From the NCBI GenBank assembly GCA_047624725.1, contig JBLHQB010000003.1, forward strand, positions 1 to 47,243: DNA of 47,243 nucleotides. Reading direction: 5' to 3'. The position numbers and the translations under genes were made by a program. This stretch comes from Patiriisocius sp. (GTDB lineage Bacteria > Patescibacteriota > Minisyncoccia > Phycocordibacterales > UBA918). Below, piece by piece: positions 16,296 to 26,846 of the stretch. The first letter of the stretch is position 1. Every line of letters starts with the position of its first letter. The notes under the pieces were generated by a model. That model did not search any database and was not told where the DNA came from. It was given only the letters and a program-made list of their open reading frames with translations.

Positions 16296-18674
16296 TCATC
16301 CAATTTTCAACAACTCAATCGCATCCTCAACAGTGAAGTTATCAAGATTTGCTTTCTCTGGAAGCATCACTCGCTTGAATCCTTTTCGCAGATAACGACC
16401 AGACTTTGATTCGTAGACGTTTACCAGCTTCTTGGTCTTTTGATTGATTCCAAGCTCTTTAATCAACGTTTCACCCTTACGTCCTTGCTTAGGTTCTTTA
16501 AAGATGTTCATCGCACGACGAAACGTGATGTCGTAGGGATTGTCTTTGCCTTTAAGCGAACGGTAATCTCCAGCGTGCACAATGTACGGTCCGAAGCGTC
16601 CTGTGTTTGCAGTTACTGGTTCTCCCGTTGATGGGTATTCTCCAAGATCACGAGGGAGGAGGAGTAGCTTCGTTGCTTCTTCTACGGTCACATCCTCAGG
16701 CTTAATTTCTTCAGGAAGTGCAGCACGCCGTGGCTTTATCATATCCTTCTTCTTCTGTCCCTTTACCTTTTCTGGTGTAGCCCCAAGTTGGATATATGGC
16801 CCGAATCGTCCGGTAAGTACATAAATATCCTCACCTGTTTCTGGATGCTTTCCAATAGGTTCATCATCCTTGAGTTCCTGCCCGTCGATCATTCGTGCAC
16901 CATCACACTCAGGGAAGGTTGCACATGAAAGGAATTTACCTGCGCGTCCGAGTTTGATTACCATGTCTTTCTGACAGGTCGGACATTTAAACTCTTCTGG
17001 TCCTGGTCCGAGGTTTGTTAGTTTCTCAATATCTTCCTTGGAAGCCACTGCTTTCTGGAATGGTTTATAGAAGTCACCGAGTACCTTCTTGTACTTTTGT
17101 GTTCCTTCAGCAATACCATCAAGATTCTCTTCCATTGCACTGGTGAATTCATCATCAATATAGTCAGCAAAGTGCTCTTCAAGGAAACTTGAAACCACAT
17201 CTCCGGTGTCAGTAGGGATGAGTGTTCGACCTTCTTTAATCGTATACCCACGATCAATAATAGTTCGCATGATAGACGCGTAGGTTGATGGGCGTCCAAT
17301 ACCTCGCTTCTCAAGCTCTTTAATCAGACCAGCTTCTGAGTATCGGTTTGGTGGTTGTGTTTGCTTTGCTTCAATTTCCACCTCTTTGAGGTTGAGTGTG
17401 TCACCAACAACAATCTTCGGTACTTCTGTATCTTCTCCTCGAGCACGAGGGTCAGCGATAAGCCATCCGTCAAACACAACACGCGATCCGTTTACACTAA
17501 AGTCTGGAATTTCTTCCGATGCGTCAGGTACGTTACTCAGTACTTTTGTTCGCTTGGTCATCGCGTCAGCCATTTGAGAAGCTACCGCACGCGCGAAGAT
17601 CAGTTCGTAGAGTTCTTTCTGATCACCTGTTGCTCCCGCTGACTTCTTGCTGAAGTTCGTTGGTCGCACTGCTTCGTGGGCTTCTTGGGCTGACTTACTC
17701 TTGGTCTTAAAGGTTCGCGGAGAGAGGTAGTCTTTTCCATATTCCTTTGTAACCATTGCGTAGATCTGTTTCAGTGCAAGCTGGCTCATGTTTGTTGAGT
17801 CAGTACGCATGTAGGTGATGTGTCCTGCTTCGTAGAGCTTCTGTGCAGCTCCCATTGTCCGTGATGGTGCGAATCCAAGACGTGTTGATGCAGCCTGCTG
17901 CAGGGTAGAGGTGGTAAACGGTGCCTTTGGTGCACGTTTTGCTTCCGTTTCTTTAATGTTGACGACTTTCCAAGTATTGCTTTCACCAACTTTCTTGATT
18001 CGGTCAGCTTCTTTTTGTTCTGTAGGTTCAACCGTGCAGATAAACGGAATTTCCATCTTGTCTTTCTTGGTGTGTGCAGTTAGCACGAAGAAGTCTTCAG
18101 GGATAAACGCACGAATTTCTCGCTCACGCACCATAATGATACGAAGCGCAGGGGATTGTACTCGACCTGCTGAGAGTCCGTAGCGTACTTTCTTCCAGAT
18201 AAGACCAGAGAGGTCATACCCAACAAGACGATCAAGCACTCGCCGTGCTTCTTGCGCCTCCTTAAGATTCATGTCGATCTTGCGCGGATGCTTGATTGCT
18301 TCATTTACTGCGGGTTCCGTAATCTCGTGGAAAACAATACGCTTAAGGTTCTTGTTGTCTTCTTTAATAAGCTCAGCAACATGCCATGCAATAGCTTCTC
18401 CCTCGCGGTCGGGGTCGGATGCGAGTAATACAGCTTTAGCTTCACCTGCCATATACTTAAGTTCACGAATCACCTTCTCCTTACCGGGAGACACAATATA
18501 ATTTGGTACAAAGCCCGCAGGAACATCCACCGCATCTTTATTGCTTTTAGGAAGATCGCGCACGTGACCAACAGAAGAAGTCACTCGGTACGCTGAACCA
18601 AGATACTTTTCAATTGTCTTTGCTTTAGCTGGGGACTCTACGATCACCAGTGTATATTTTTCTTTTGTTGCCAT
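16296..18674 (-). CDS. topA: DNA topoisomerase I
   Basis: LVIVESPAKAKTI, ASDPDREGEAI, SAGRVQS, ITYMRTDS, Zn ribbon, GRFGPY repeats. Confidence 0.97.
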   Translation of the reverse strand: MATKEKYTLVIVESPAKAKTIEKYLGSAYRVTSSVGHVRDLPKSNKDAVDVPAGFVPNYIVSPGKEKVIRELKYMAGEAKAVLLASDPDREGEAIAWHVAELIKEDNKNLKRIVFHEITEPAVNEAIKHPRKIDMNLKEAQEARRVLDRLVGYDLSGLIWKKVRYGLSAGRVQSPALRIIMVREREIRAFIPEDFFVLTAHTKKDKMEIPFICTVEPTEQKEADRIKKVGESNTWKVVNIKETEAKRAPKAPFTTSTLQQAASTRLGFAPSRTMGAAQKLYEAGHITYMRTDSTNMSQLALKQIYAMVTKEYGKDYLSPRTFKTKSKSAQEAHEAVRPTNFSKKSAGATGDQKELYELIFARAVASQMADAMTKRTKVLSNVPDASEEIPDFSVNGSRVVFDGWLIADPRARGEDTEVPKIVVGDTLNLKEVEIEAKQTQPPNRYSEAGLIKELEKRGIGRPSTYASIMRTIIDRGYTIKEGRTLIPTDTGDVVSSFLEEHFADYIDDEFTSAMEENLDGIAEGTQKYKKVLGDFYKPFQKAVASKEDIEKLTNLGPGPEEFKCPTCQKDMVIKLGRAGKFLSCATFPECDGARMIDGQELKDDEPIGKHPETGEDIYVLTGRFGPYIQLGATPEKVKGQKKKDMIKPRRAALPEEIKPEDVTVEEATKLLLLPRDLGEYPSTGEPVTANTGRFGPYIVHAGDYRSLKGKDNPYDITFRRAMNIFKEPKQGRKGETLIKELGINQKTKKLVNVYESKSGRYLRKGFKRVMLPEKANLDNFTVEDAIELLKIG

Positions 18675-18792
18675 AAGTAGTTGTGTAATGAATACTACCG
18701 ATACATATATAAGTCAAATTATAACCCTGAAGTACTAAGTGACAAAATGTGCAAGGAGTCACCTTACACATTTTGTTGTTCCACCTGGTGCA

Positions 18793-19656
18793 TTAGATGC
18801 ATTTTCTATATAAGTGATTTTCCGAAGTGAGGAGTCCTTTTATTTCCATCTGCATCAGGAGTGTGTTTATTTCCTGAGGTGAGAGATTGCATGCATTCAT
18901 GAGGGTGTCGATATCTAAGGGTTCGCGCAGTTGGGTCAGTATCTTTTGTTCTAATGGACTGAGGTCAACGGGTTCTTTTGTAAAGTTAGACATTTCGGGA
19001 TCTATTCGCAATGCATGGAGGATATCTATTGCGTTAGTTACTGGCGTTGCACCGAGCTTGAGGAATTGATGTGGGCCGACACTGTTGCCAGAGAATATGT
19101 CACCAGGGACAACTAAGAGCTCTCGATTGTAGTCGGTAGCCATGCGCGCGGTAATCAAGGTGCCTGACTTTTCAGTTGCCTCGATTATGAGCGTGGCGTG
19201 TGAGATGCCTGCCATGATGCGGTTGCGTTGGGTGAATGACCACTTGGTTGCGGTGAAGTAGGGTTCGAACTCTGAAAGGAGTCCACCACCACTTGCGAGG
19301 ATTTGCTGAGCTAATGGACGATGTCTGAACGGGTAGATTGTGGAATTTGAAATACCTGAGCCTGGTACGGCCATGGTGTATAAATTATTTTGCAATGCTG
19401 CTTTATGGGCGAGTGAGTCGATCCCTAGAGCGAGGCCTGAGACGATGCCGACGTTATATCCACGTAGTCCTGCAGTAAGATGATCCACAACACGCTTGCC
19501 GTAGTTTGAATACTTGCGAGAGCCGACAACGGCGAGAAGTTTCATATCGGTCGCGGGAAGTGCCCCGCGATAGTTGAGTGCTTTTGGCACATCTGGAATC
19601 TCCAGCAGGAGCTCCGAGAACTCATTGGGTTGTATGTGCTGTAGAGGATAATGCAT
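18793..19656 (-). CDS. dprA: DNA-processing protein DprA
   Basis: AVVGSRK, IVSGLALGID, FTQRNRIMAG, EATEKSGTLITA; canonical dprA-topA order. Confidence 0.95.
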   Translation of the reverse strand: MHYPLQHIQPNEFSELLLEIPDVPKALNYRGALPATDMKLLAVVGSRKYSNYGKRVVDHLTAGLRGYNVGIVSGLALGIDSLAHKAALQNNLYTMAVPGSGISNSTIYPFRHRPLAQQILASGGGLLSEFEPYFTATKWSFTQRNRIMAGISHATLIIEATEKSGTLITARMATDYNRELLVVPGDIFSGNSVGPHQFLKLGATPVTNAIDILHALRIDPEMSNFTKEPVDLSPLEQKILTQLREPLDIDTLMNACNLSPQEINTLLMQMEIKGLLTSENHLYRKCI

Positions 19657-19709
19657 GCGTGAACTCTAGCAATTTGCTGATGAAGTGTAGATAAAGCTTG
19701 ACGGATTGA

Positions 19710-20138
19710 TTGGATTGTAGTTTTCTATCAGTTGGTTCATGTAGCAGAGGAGGTACTATTGTGACCACCAGAGGGTTAGTAAAAACAAGACCAGCAAAAG
19801 AAATACTGAAGCCTACGATTTTTGATCGAAGTGTTGATCTTCGTGCGGTTACTGCTTGCATAATTCAAGCAACACTTGATCAGGATAGACGGCAGATTTT
19901 TTTTTTGGAGCTCGTTACTTTTGTAGAAGAGGTTCACAGTTCGATAAGTCAGTCTGTTGATTTTGCTGAAACATTTGATGGGTATGGCGAAGCGGATCGT
20001 AGAGAGGTTGTTTCCTTTATGGTTATTGATCTTATTACCTTTTCTTATCTGCAGACAGATTCTGGGGTTTTGATCCCTGAGGATACTGATCTTCTTACGG
20101 TAGATCCTGAGCTACGGCTCTGGGGGTATAAAAATTAA
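19710..20138 (+). CDS. hypothetical protein (start uncertain, possibly GTG 19761)
   Basis: open frame; GAGGAGG upstream of 19761; hairpin terminator about 20156-20185. Confidence 0.5.
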   Translation: MDCSFLSVGSCSRGGTIVTTRGLVKTRPAKEILKPTIFDRSVDLRAVTACIIQATLDQDRRQIFFLELVTFVEEVHSSISQSVDFAETFDGYGEADRREVVSFMVIDLITFSYLQTDSGVLIPEDTDLLTVDPELRLWGYKN

Positions 20139-20341
20139 CCCTCATACACCAAGACAACCAGCATACGAATCGTATGCTGGTTTTTCACTTGTCTTTTTAT
20201 ATATGTAATATATTGTATACTTCTATTGATTATTAGAGTTTGCACGCAGTATTTTATTTGCCTTCCGTCTGTATTCGCCCTAGGGGCAGAACGAATACAG
20301 GCATACCTAAAATATATGTGCTGCACTTATTATTTTAGGCA

Positions 20342-21613
20342 ATGTTAGACATTAAATTCATCCGAGAGAATCTGGACATCGTAAAGATGGCTGCAACTAA
20401 AAAACATATCACTATTGATATGGACCGACTTATTGCGGTTGATGATTCCAGGCGCGCACTTATGTCAAAGCTTGAAGAGAAGAAGGCAATTCAGAACAAG
20501 GCGTCTGATGGTATTGCTAGTGCACAAGATAATGAAACACGCCAGCAACTAATTGCAGGAATGCAGACCTTAAAGACTGAGATTCAGGCAGTGGAAGAAG
20601 AAATGAAGCCGGTAATGGAAGAATGGCAGGCGTTGATGCTGCAGGTGCCAAACATTCCAGACATGTCAGTACCCGATGGTGACTCTGACGCGGATAACGT
20701 TGAGATCAAGACGTGGGGAGAGCAGCCTAAGTTTGAGTTTGAACCCAAAGACCATGTGGAGATTATGACGAGTCTCGGGATGGTTGATTTTGAGCGGGGG
20801 ACTAAGGTGCACGGATTCCGAGGGTACTACCTTATGGGCGACGGCGCACGACTTTCGTGGGCTATCTGGAACTACGCAAACCAATTCTTTGGAGACAAGG
20901 GGTTTGATCCGTTACTTGTGCCTTCTATTGTGCGAAAGAACAACCTGTACGGGACGGGACACCTTCCTAATGAAGCTGATGATGTGTATCAGACACAAGA
21001 TGAGGATTACTTGATTGGAACCTCGGAAGTTTCTACTATGGGATTCTATTCTGATGAAGTGCTTGAGAAGTCACAATTCCCAATTAAGCACCTAGCATTC
21101 TCACCATGCTTCCGACGTGAAGCAGGGTCACACGGCAAGGACACGAAAGGTCTGATCCGTGTACACGAATTTTTTAAGGTTGAGCAAGTGGTTTTGTGTG
21201 AAGCTTCGCACGAAGAATCAGTTAAGAACCACGAAGAGATCAACCGAAACACAGAATCATTTATTGAATCACTCGGTATTCCGTATCACACCGTACTCAA
21301 CTGTGGGGGTGATCTAGGACAAGGGCAGGTGAAGAAGTACGATATTGAGCTATGGGTACCTCTGGAGAAGAAGTACCGGGAGATCAGCTCAGCGTCATAC
21401 TTCCACGACTTTCAGACACGACGGTTTAACATTCGGTATAAGGATGAGGATGGAAAGCTAAAGTACGCGCACTCGCTAAACTGTACCGCGATCCCGACGC
21501 CACGAATTCTCGTATCACTGATCGAGAACTTCCAACAGGCAGATGGTTCGGTGAAAATCCCTGAGGCATTGCGACCATACATGGGAGGGCGAGAGGTGAT
21601 TGAACTGAAATAA
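20342..21613 (+). CDS. serS: serine--tRNA ligase
   Basis: MLDIKFIREN, YLIGTSE, CFRREAGS.GKDTKGLIRVHEF, EISSAS, PEALRPYMGG. Confidence 0.97.
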   Translation: MLDIKFIRENLDIVKMAATKKHITIDMDRLIAVDDSRRALMSKLEEKKAIQNKASDGIASAQDNETRQQLIAGMQTLKTEIQAVEEEMKPVMEEWQALMLQVPNIPDMSVPDGDSDADNVEIKTWGEQPKFEFEPKDHVEIMTSLGMVDFERGTKVHGFRGYYLMGDGARLSWAIWNYANQFFGDKGFDPLLVPSIVRKNNLYGTGHLPNEADDVYQTQDEDYLIGTSEVSTMGFYSDEVLEKSQFPIKHLAFSPCFRREAGSHGKDTKGLIRVHEFFKVEQVVLCEASHEESVKNHEEINRNTESFIESLGIPYHTVLNCGGDLGQGQVKKYDIELWVPLEKKYREISSASYFHDFQTRRFNIRYKDEDGKLKYAHSLNCTAIPTPRILVSLIENFQQADGSVKIPEALRPYMGGREVIELK

Positions 21614-21680
21614 ATCTAACGCTTAAAAAGACGGGATCCACGTGAGCCCCGTCTTTTTTGTATGTGATATCATATTCCCA

Positions 21681-22562
21681 ATGTTACAAGCGTGGCGAAC
21701 AAAGCAAATACAACGTCGTAAGAAGCGGAAGAAGGCACAGCCTGAATCGCTTCTACGCACGCAGGTTATTGTGGGCGTGTGTATTGTCCTCGCTATTTCT
21801 CTACTAGGAGCTGGTGTGTGGTACGGATCACGTATTGCAGCACTGCAAATAACCGAAGTATCAGTAGTAGGAGGTTTCACTATTCCGCATAGCGAGATAG
21901 AAGATAAGGTATGGGAGCGTCTGACGGGAAGCTACGTTCGATTTGTACCGTACACGTTTGCACCAACCTACCCAAAGAAAGCGATTATTGAACATCTCTA
22001 TAGCATTGACCGGGTAAAGAATGTGCACATAGAGACGCTACAGAAACAAAAGATTGTCGTTGCTTTTGATGAGTACCAGCCACATGCATTGTGGTGTACT
22101 GAAGTAGGTGCAAAAGGATGTTTGTTCCTCGATGAAACAGGGTTTGCCTTTGGTATGGCTCCTGACCTCACTGGAAGTGCATTTATTCGGTATACAAACC
22201 CAAGCTCTGTGCCTGAGCGTAAGACACAAGGTTTTGAAACTGCCTTTATAAAAGAATCCCAAGCCTTCGCAGACCTGCTGGCCAAAGAACTTGATCTGTA
22301 TGTGGTGCACGTTGAAAAGTTTGATGATCTGGATAGTACGTACACGGTTTCTGGTGGTGGCGTACTAAAGGTGTCACAGTTAATGGATATCGAGTTGAGC
22401 TTTAATAACCTCAAGTCGATTCTTTCCTCAGAGCAGTTTATTCATCTGCAGAATGGGGCGTTCCAGTATATAGATCTGCGTTTTGGCGACAAGATTTTCC
22501 TGAATGAAGAGGATGAGATAGAAAAAGAAACCGCCACCTCAAGTGAGGCGGCGGGTATTTGA
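21681..22562 (+). CDS. FtsQ/DivIB-like cell division protein
   Basis: basic N-tail, one TM, POTRA-like ITEVSVVG, C-terminal YIDLRFGDKIF; likely start 21681. Confidence 0.75.
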   Translation: MLQAWRTKQIQRRKKRKKAQPESLLRTQVIVGVCIVLAISLLGAGVWYGSRIAALQITEVSVVGGFTIPHSEIEDKVWERLTGSYVRFVPYTFAPTYPKKAIIEHLYSIDRVKNVHIETLQKQKIVVAFDEYQPHALWCTEVGAKGCLFLDETGFAFGMAPDLTGSAFIRYTNPSSVPERKTQGFETAFIKESQAFADLLAKELDLYVVHVEKFDDLDSTYTVSGGGVLKVSQLMDIELSFNNLKSILSSEQFIHLQNGAFQYIDLRFGDKIFLNEEDEIEKETATSSEAAGI

Positions 22563-22563
22563 T

Positions 22564-22806
22564 TTATATTCTGATCCAACGATCTCCAGGAAAGTAGTAT
22601 GTCAGAAAAAAGGGAAGAATTGAGGGCCACCATAGTTTCCAGACATAACTGGTTACCAGGAACCATCCCACGGTTACGTTTCCCATGTTCAGGGCATACA
22701 ACAATCCAAAACCGAGGATGAGTGCTGTAAAAAATAGGAACCATGTTTGCACAGCTCCTTTAATAAGCATTTGAATTTTCAAGTCCATTTTCTGAATCCC
22801 TTGCAA
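22564..22806 (-). CDS. small two-TM membrane protein
   Basis: hydrophobic 80-aa ORF filling the gap between the ftsQ-like and dus genes. Confidence 0.55.
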   Translation of the reverse strand: MQGIQKMDLKIQMLIKGAVQTWFLFFTALILGFGLLYALNMGNVTVGWFLVTSYVWKLWWPSILPFFLTYYFPGDRWIRI

Positions 22807-22837
22807 TGTTTCTCTCTATCTGTAAAGTACTATCAAT

Positions 22838-23920
22838 ATGAATTTTTGGCAACAACTTCCAAAACCTATTATGGTCGTTGCACCGATGGCTGATGTCACC
22901 GATGCACCTTTTCGGCGTATGATCGCGAAATACTCTGCACACACACGTGCTGATGGTTCACTTGGTGGACCCGATGTGATGTGGACTGAGTTTGTTGCGG
23001 CTGATGGGCTTATGCGCGCGACTCCCGAAGGAAAGAAGAAGCTGATGGCTGACCTTATCTACTGTGAAGAAGAGCGACCGATTGTGGCACAGCTTTTCTC
23101 AAGTAATGAAGAATACATGGAGAAGGCAGCTCGCCTTGCAGTTGAACTCGGTTTTGACGGAATTGATTTAAATATGGGATGTCCGTCGGGTACTATCGAG
23201 AAGCAAGGGTGTGGAGCGGCGATGATTAAGGATCCTGCGAAGGCTCGTGCAGTTATTCGTGCAGCGAAACGTGGTGCAGGTAATTTACCAGTGTCAGTGA
23301 AAACACGTCTAGGATACAACGCTGATGAGCTTGAGACATGGATCCCTGAGATCCTAGCTGAGGAACCTGCTGTTTTAACACTGCATGCACGAACACGTAA
23401 GGAGTTGAGTAAGGTGCCTGCGCACTGGGACCGTATTGCGCGAGCGGTAGCTATTCGTGACGAACTTGGAAGTAAAACACTTATTTTTGGTAATGGGGAT
23501 GTACTTTCCTTGAATGATGCAAAGCAAAAAGCAAAAGACAGTGGTGCTGATGGAGTAATGATCGGCCGAGCACTTTTCGGTAACCCATGGTTTTTCCATC
23601 CAACAAAACAAATTCCGTTAACCCTCACAGCATTGCCTACCCACGGCGTAAACCGTGAGGATATTGTTGTCGAAGACACAAGCGACGAAACACTCGAGTA
23701 CATCCCGCTAGAAGAACGCCTTCGCGTGATGATCGAGCACACCAAACTCTTTGAGGAAATCCTTTCGTTCAAGAACTTCTCGGTGATGAAGAAACACTAC
23801 AAGGCATATGTAAATGGATTCCACGGGGCAGGGCAATTACGAGCAAAACTTATGGAAAGTAACTCCTCAGAAGAAATAGAAGTGATTGTCCACGATTTTC
23901 TCCAAAACCACGCTGCATAA
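22838..23920 (+). CDS. tRNA-dihydrouridine synthase (Dus family)
   Basis: VAPMADVTD, IDLNMGCP, VSVKTRLG, LHART, GNGDV, GVMIGRA. Confidence 0.93.
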   Translation: MNFWQQLPKPIMVVAPMADVTDAPFRRMIAKYSAHTRADGSLGGPDVMWTEFVAADGLMRATPEGKKKLMADLIYCEEERPIVAQLFSSNEEYMEKAARLAVELGFDGIDLNMGCPSGTIEKQGCGAAMIKDPAKARAVIRAAKRGAGNLPVSVKTRLGYNADELETWIPEILAEEPAVLTLHARTRKELSKVPAHWDRIARAVAIRDELGSKTLIFGNGDVLSLNDAKQKAKDSGADGVMIGRALFGNPWFFHPTKQIPLTLTALPTHGVNREDIVVEDTSDETLEYIPLEERLRVMIEHTKLFEEILSFKNFSVMKKHYKAYVNGFHGAGQLRAKLMESNSSEEIEVIVHDFLQNHAA

Positions 23921-23946
23921 GTACCTAAGCCTGTTACACTACAGAT

Positions 23947-24246
23947 ATGAATGAGATTTTACAGGCGAATGTGTTTTTCTTTATTACGAGTATTTCAGTA
24001 GTGCTGTTTACATTGCTTCTTTGCGTTGCAGTGTATCAGGCTATTAGAATCCTGAAGTCAATCCGACGTATCGTTGACCGTATTGATGAAGGAAGTGAAA
24101 TGATCGCAGATGATATGGAGAACCTACGCACATTTGTAGTAGAAGGAAGTCTTGTTTCGCAGCTTGTTGGATTCTTTTTAGGTAACCGTGCCGCGTTTAC
24201 ACGTACGAAGAAACGCAAGAGTAAGAAGACAGAGACTGAGGATTAA
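23947..24246 (+). CDS. small membrane protein with coiled coil (DUF948-like)
   Basis: N-terminal TM then amphipathic helix, basic tail. Confidence 0.65.
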   Translation: MNEILQANVFFFITSISVVLFTLLLCVAVYQAIRILKSIRRIVDRIDEGSEMIADDMENLRTFVVEGSLVSQLVGFFLGNRAAFTRTKKRKSKKTETED

Positions 24247-24304
24247 GATGTGGATGAGACTGGAGGCGTACGACTGAACGATAAATACTTAAATAACAAA
24301 TTTT

Positions 24305-24844
24305 ATGGCTAAGAAAAAAGTAACGGTATCACAGGCACAGAAGCTTGGTATTGGTGTAGGGCTAACTACGGCGGCAGTAGCAGCTGCAGGGGCATACTTC
24401 TTATACGGAGTAAACGAAGCACCAGCGAATCGTAAGAAGGTGAAGAGTGGAATCTTGCGAGCGAAGGCAGAAGTGCTTGAAGTGCTTGAAAACGCACAAG
24501 ATATTACTGAAGATGAGTTCCACTCACTAGTAGACACCGTTGTATCTTCATACAGTACGGTGAAGTCACTTTCACAAAAAGATCTTAAGGACTTTAAGAA
24601 AGAAATGGGAGAAAACTGGGAAGATCTTGTAGGAAGTGGTGTTGCTAAGATAATGACTGTTGAGCAGATCGCAAAGAAGGCTTTGAGCAGCAAGATGAAA
24701 GGGAAGGACGTGACACCTAAAAAGGCAGCGAAGAAGACTGCTAAGGAAGCAGCTCCTAAAAAGACAGTAAAGAAAGCAGCGAAGAAAGCTCCTGCTAAAA
24801 AAGTAGCACCAAAGAAGGTTGTGAAGAAAGTAGCAAAGAAATAA
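24305..24844 (+). CDS. YtxH-like membrane-anchored protein with histone H1-like Lys/Ala tail
   Basis: AAVAAAGAYFLYG segment; C-terminal KKAAKK/PAKK/PKK repeats. Confidence 0.75.
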   Translation: MAKKKVTVSQAQKLGIGVGLTTAAVAAAGAYFLYGVNEAPANRKKVKSGILRAKAEVLEVLENAQDITEDEFHSLVDTVVSSYSTVKSLSQKDLKDFKKEMGENWEDLVGSGVAKIMTVEQIAKKALSSKMKGKDVTPKKAAKKTAKEAAPKKTVKKAAKKAPAKKVAPKKVVKKVAKK

Positions 24845-24856
24845 TTGTACACAGAA

Positions 24857-24899
24857 ATACTAACGCGACCCACGGCTTTGCCTCGGGTCGCGTTAGTAT
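24857..24899. terminator. intrinsic terminator-like hairpin
   Basis: ATACTAACGCGACCC...GGGTCGCGTTAGTAT. Confidence 0.6.
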
Positions 24900-24905
24900 A
24901 TATCT

Positions 24906-25766
24906 ATGAATCGAACTCTCGGACGCATTACTATATTTGTCACATTATGCGCAGCACTCATCGGGGGTGTCTTCTTGCTTGCGTTAGGAACTGCCAACGA
25001 AGCACTTAGACAAACTGTATCGGTAGAAGTGTCTGGAGGTTTAATTAGTGGTGTTAGTGCAGAATCGGTACTTATATATGATCTTGAGTCAGGTACGGAA
25101 GTATTTACTCGTAATGCTGAGCAACAACGTCCCATTGCCTCAGTGACAAAGCTTCTCAGTAGCGCACTATTTTTAGAGCACGCGCCCCAAACCGAACCAG
25201 TCACCATTACTGCTACTGATGTGCAGACCGAAGGTCGCTCAGGTCGCCTAGAAAAAGGACAAACGTACCAAAGCAGGGAATTACTCTTCCCTGCACTCTT
25301 AGAGTCCTCAAACGACGCTACAACGGCAATGGCGAGGGTTGCAGAGCAGGACTTGGTTAGTGCAATGAACGCATATGTTGCAGAATACTCACTTGGTAAG
25401 ACTGCCTTTACTGACACTTCTGGATTGGGTGACGGGAATGTGTCTACAGCACACGAACTGGGGTCACTTGTGAAGATCATGCACGCCGACTATCCGCATA
25501 TTTTTGATATTACGCGTCTGAAGACGTACCTCAATCACGTTAACGCCTGGATGAATAATAATCCGTTTGTGAACGAAGAAGGGTATGTAGGTGGCAAGCA
25601 CGGATTCACCTATGCCGCGAACAGAACTGCAGTGGCGTTGTTTCAGGAGTCATTGGATAATCAGGAAGTACGAACGTTCGTGTATGTGCTTTTAGGTAGT
25701 GATGATTTGACTGCAGACATGCATATCCTGCGCCTATACGTCCAGCAATCGGTTCTGGTATACTAA
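24906..25766 (+). CDS. D-alanyl-D-alanine carboxypeptidase/endopeptidase (peptidase S11)
   Basis: SxxK (ASVTKL), SxN (ESSNDA), FTDTSGL, K(T/H)G motif as GGKHGFT. Confidence 0.85.
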   Translation: MNRTLGRITIFVTLCAALIGGVFLLALGTANEALRQTVSVEVSGGLISGVSAESVLIYDLESGTEVFTRNAEQQRPIASVTKLLSSALFLEHAPQTEPVTITATDVQTEGRSGRLEKGQTYQSRELLFPALLESSNDATTAMARVAEQDLVSAMNAYVAEYSLGKTAFTDTSGLGDGNVSTAHELGSLVKIMHADYPHIFDITRLKTYLNHVNAWMNNNPFVNEEGYVGGKHGFTYAANRTAVALFQESLDNQEVRTFVYVLLGSDDLTADMHILRLYVQQSVLVY

Positions 25767-25806
25767 TCAGACTTTATACATCGCACACTAACCGTACGTA
25801 TTTCCT

Positions 25807-26841
25807 ATGTCAGAACATGTAGCACTCTACCGAAAGCACCGACCCGATACCTTTGCTGATGTTCGTGATCAGGACCATATCGTTTCTGTACTTGAAGGCG
25901 CAATTGCTAAGAAGACAATTCCGCACGCGATTTTATTCTCAGGGACACGAGGAACAGGGAAGACGACACTTGCGCGTATTTTTGCCAAAGAAATTGGTGT
26001 GAGTGACGTCGACCTCTACGAGATTGATGCGGCGAGTAATCGAGGTATTGATGATATCCGTGAACTGCGTGAAGCGGTGCATACACTTCCGTACGAGTCA
26101 GAGATGAAAGTGTATATCATCGATGAGGTGCACATGCTTACCAAAGAAGCATTTAATGCACTCTTGAAGACACTCGAGGAACCTCCAGCACACGTGATCT
26201 TTATTCTTGCGACTACCGAAGAAGAGAAGCTGCTCGATACGATTCTTTCACGATGTCAGGTGTTTCGGATGCATAGTCCGTCACGATCGGTACTTGCGAA
26301 GATTGTGACCGACGTTGCAAAGAAAGAAGGGTTCACTCTAAATAAAGATGCAGCAGATCTTATCGCCATTGCAGCCGACGGGTCATTCCGTGATGCACTT
26401 GGAGTGACACAGAAGGTCATCATGGCTTCGGGGGACGAAATCGGCGAAGCTGATGAAGTTGCAACCATTATTGGCGCACCAAAAGGATCGATCCTTCAGG
26501 ATGTGCTCGCGGGGCTCCACGAGAAAAATACAGAAAAAGCACTTACTGCTGTAGGGCTTGTGGTAGATCAGCACGGCGACATTAAACTCTTTATGAAGCT
26601 ACTCCTTGAGCGGATGCGTGCAGTAATGTTGGTGCGCAACATGCCCGGCAAGGCACAAGAACTCCTTGATGCATTTTCTGAAGCTGATCAGGAACAACTA
26701 AAGACGCTTGCCGCAGATGCAGGATCCTCTCTTAACTCACACGCGCTACTTGAGCTACTTGCAGCAGCAGAAGGAATTGGAAAGACACAGTTATCACACC
26801 TGCCGCTTGAGATGGCAATAATAAATATTTGTAACAAATAG
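25807..26841 (+). CDS. dnaX: DNA polymerase III subunit gamma/tau
   Basis: ALYRKHRP, GTRGTGKTT, EIDAASNRG, IIDEVHML, NALLKTLEEPP. Confidence 0.96.
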   Translation: MSEHVALYRKHRPDTFADVRDQDHIVSVLEGAIAKKTIPHAILFSGTRGTGKTTLARIFAKEIGVSDVDLYEIDAASNRGIDDIRELREAVHTLPYESEMKVYIIDEVHMLTKEAFNALLKTLEEPPAHVIFILATTEEEKLLDTILSRCQVFRMHSPSRSVLAKIVTDVAKKEGFTLNKDAADLIAIAADGSFRDALGVTQKVIMASGDEIGEADEVATIIGAPKGSILQDVLAGLHEKNTEKALTAVGLVVDQHGDIKLFMKLLLERMRAVMLVRNMPGKAQELLDAFSEADQEQLKTLAADAGSSLNSHALLELLAAAEGIGKTQLSHLPLEMAIINICNK

Positions 26842-26846
26842 CTACT

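Noticed and set aside
23059-23772. Long antisense ORFs (23059-23772, also 3993-4535, 24289-24873, 24893-25480, 41916-42872)
   Set aside because: They shadow well-supported genes on the opposite strand and show no motifs.
25590-25610. KHG instead of KTG in the S11 peptidase as a sign of pseudogenisation
   Set aside because: SxxK and SxN are intact and the frame is complete; a single substitution in this motif is not enough evidence.
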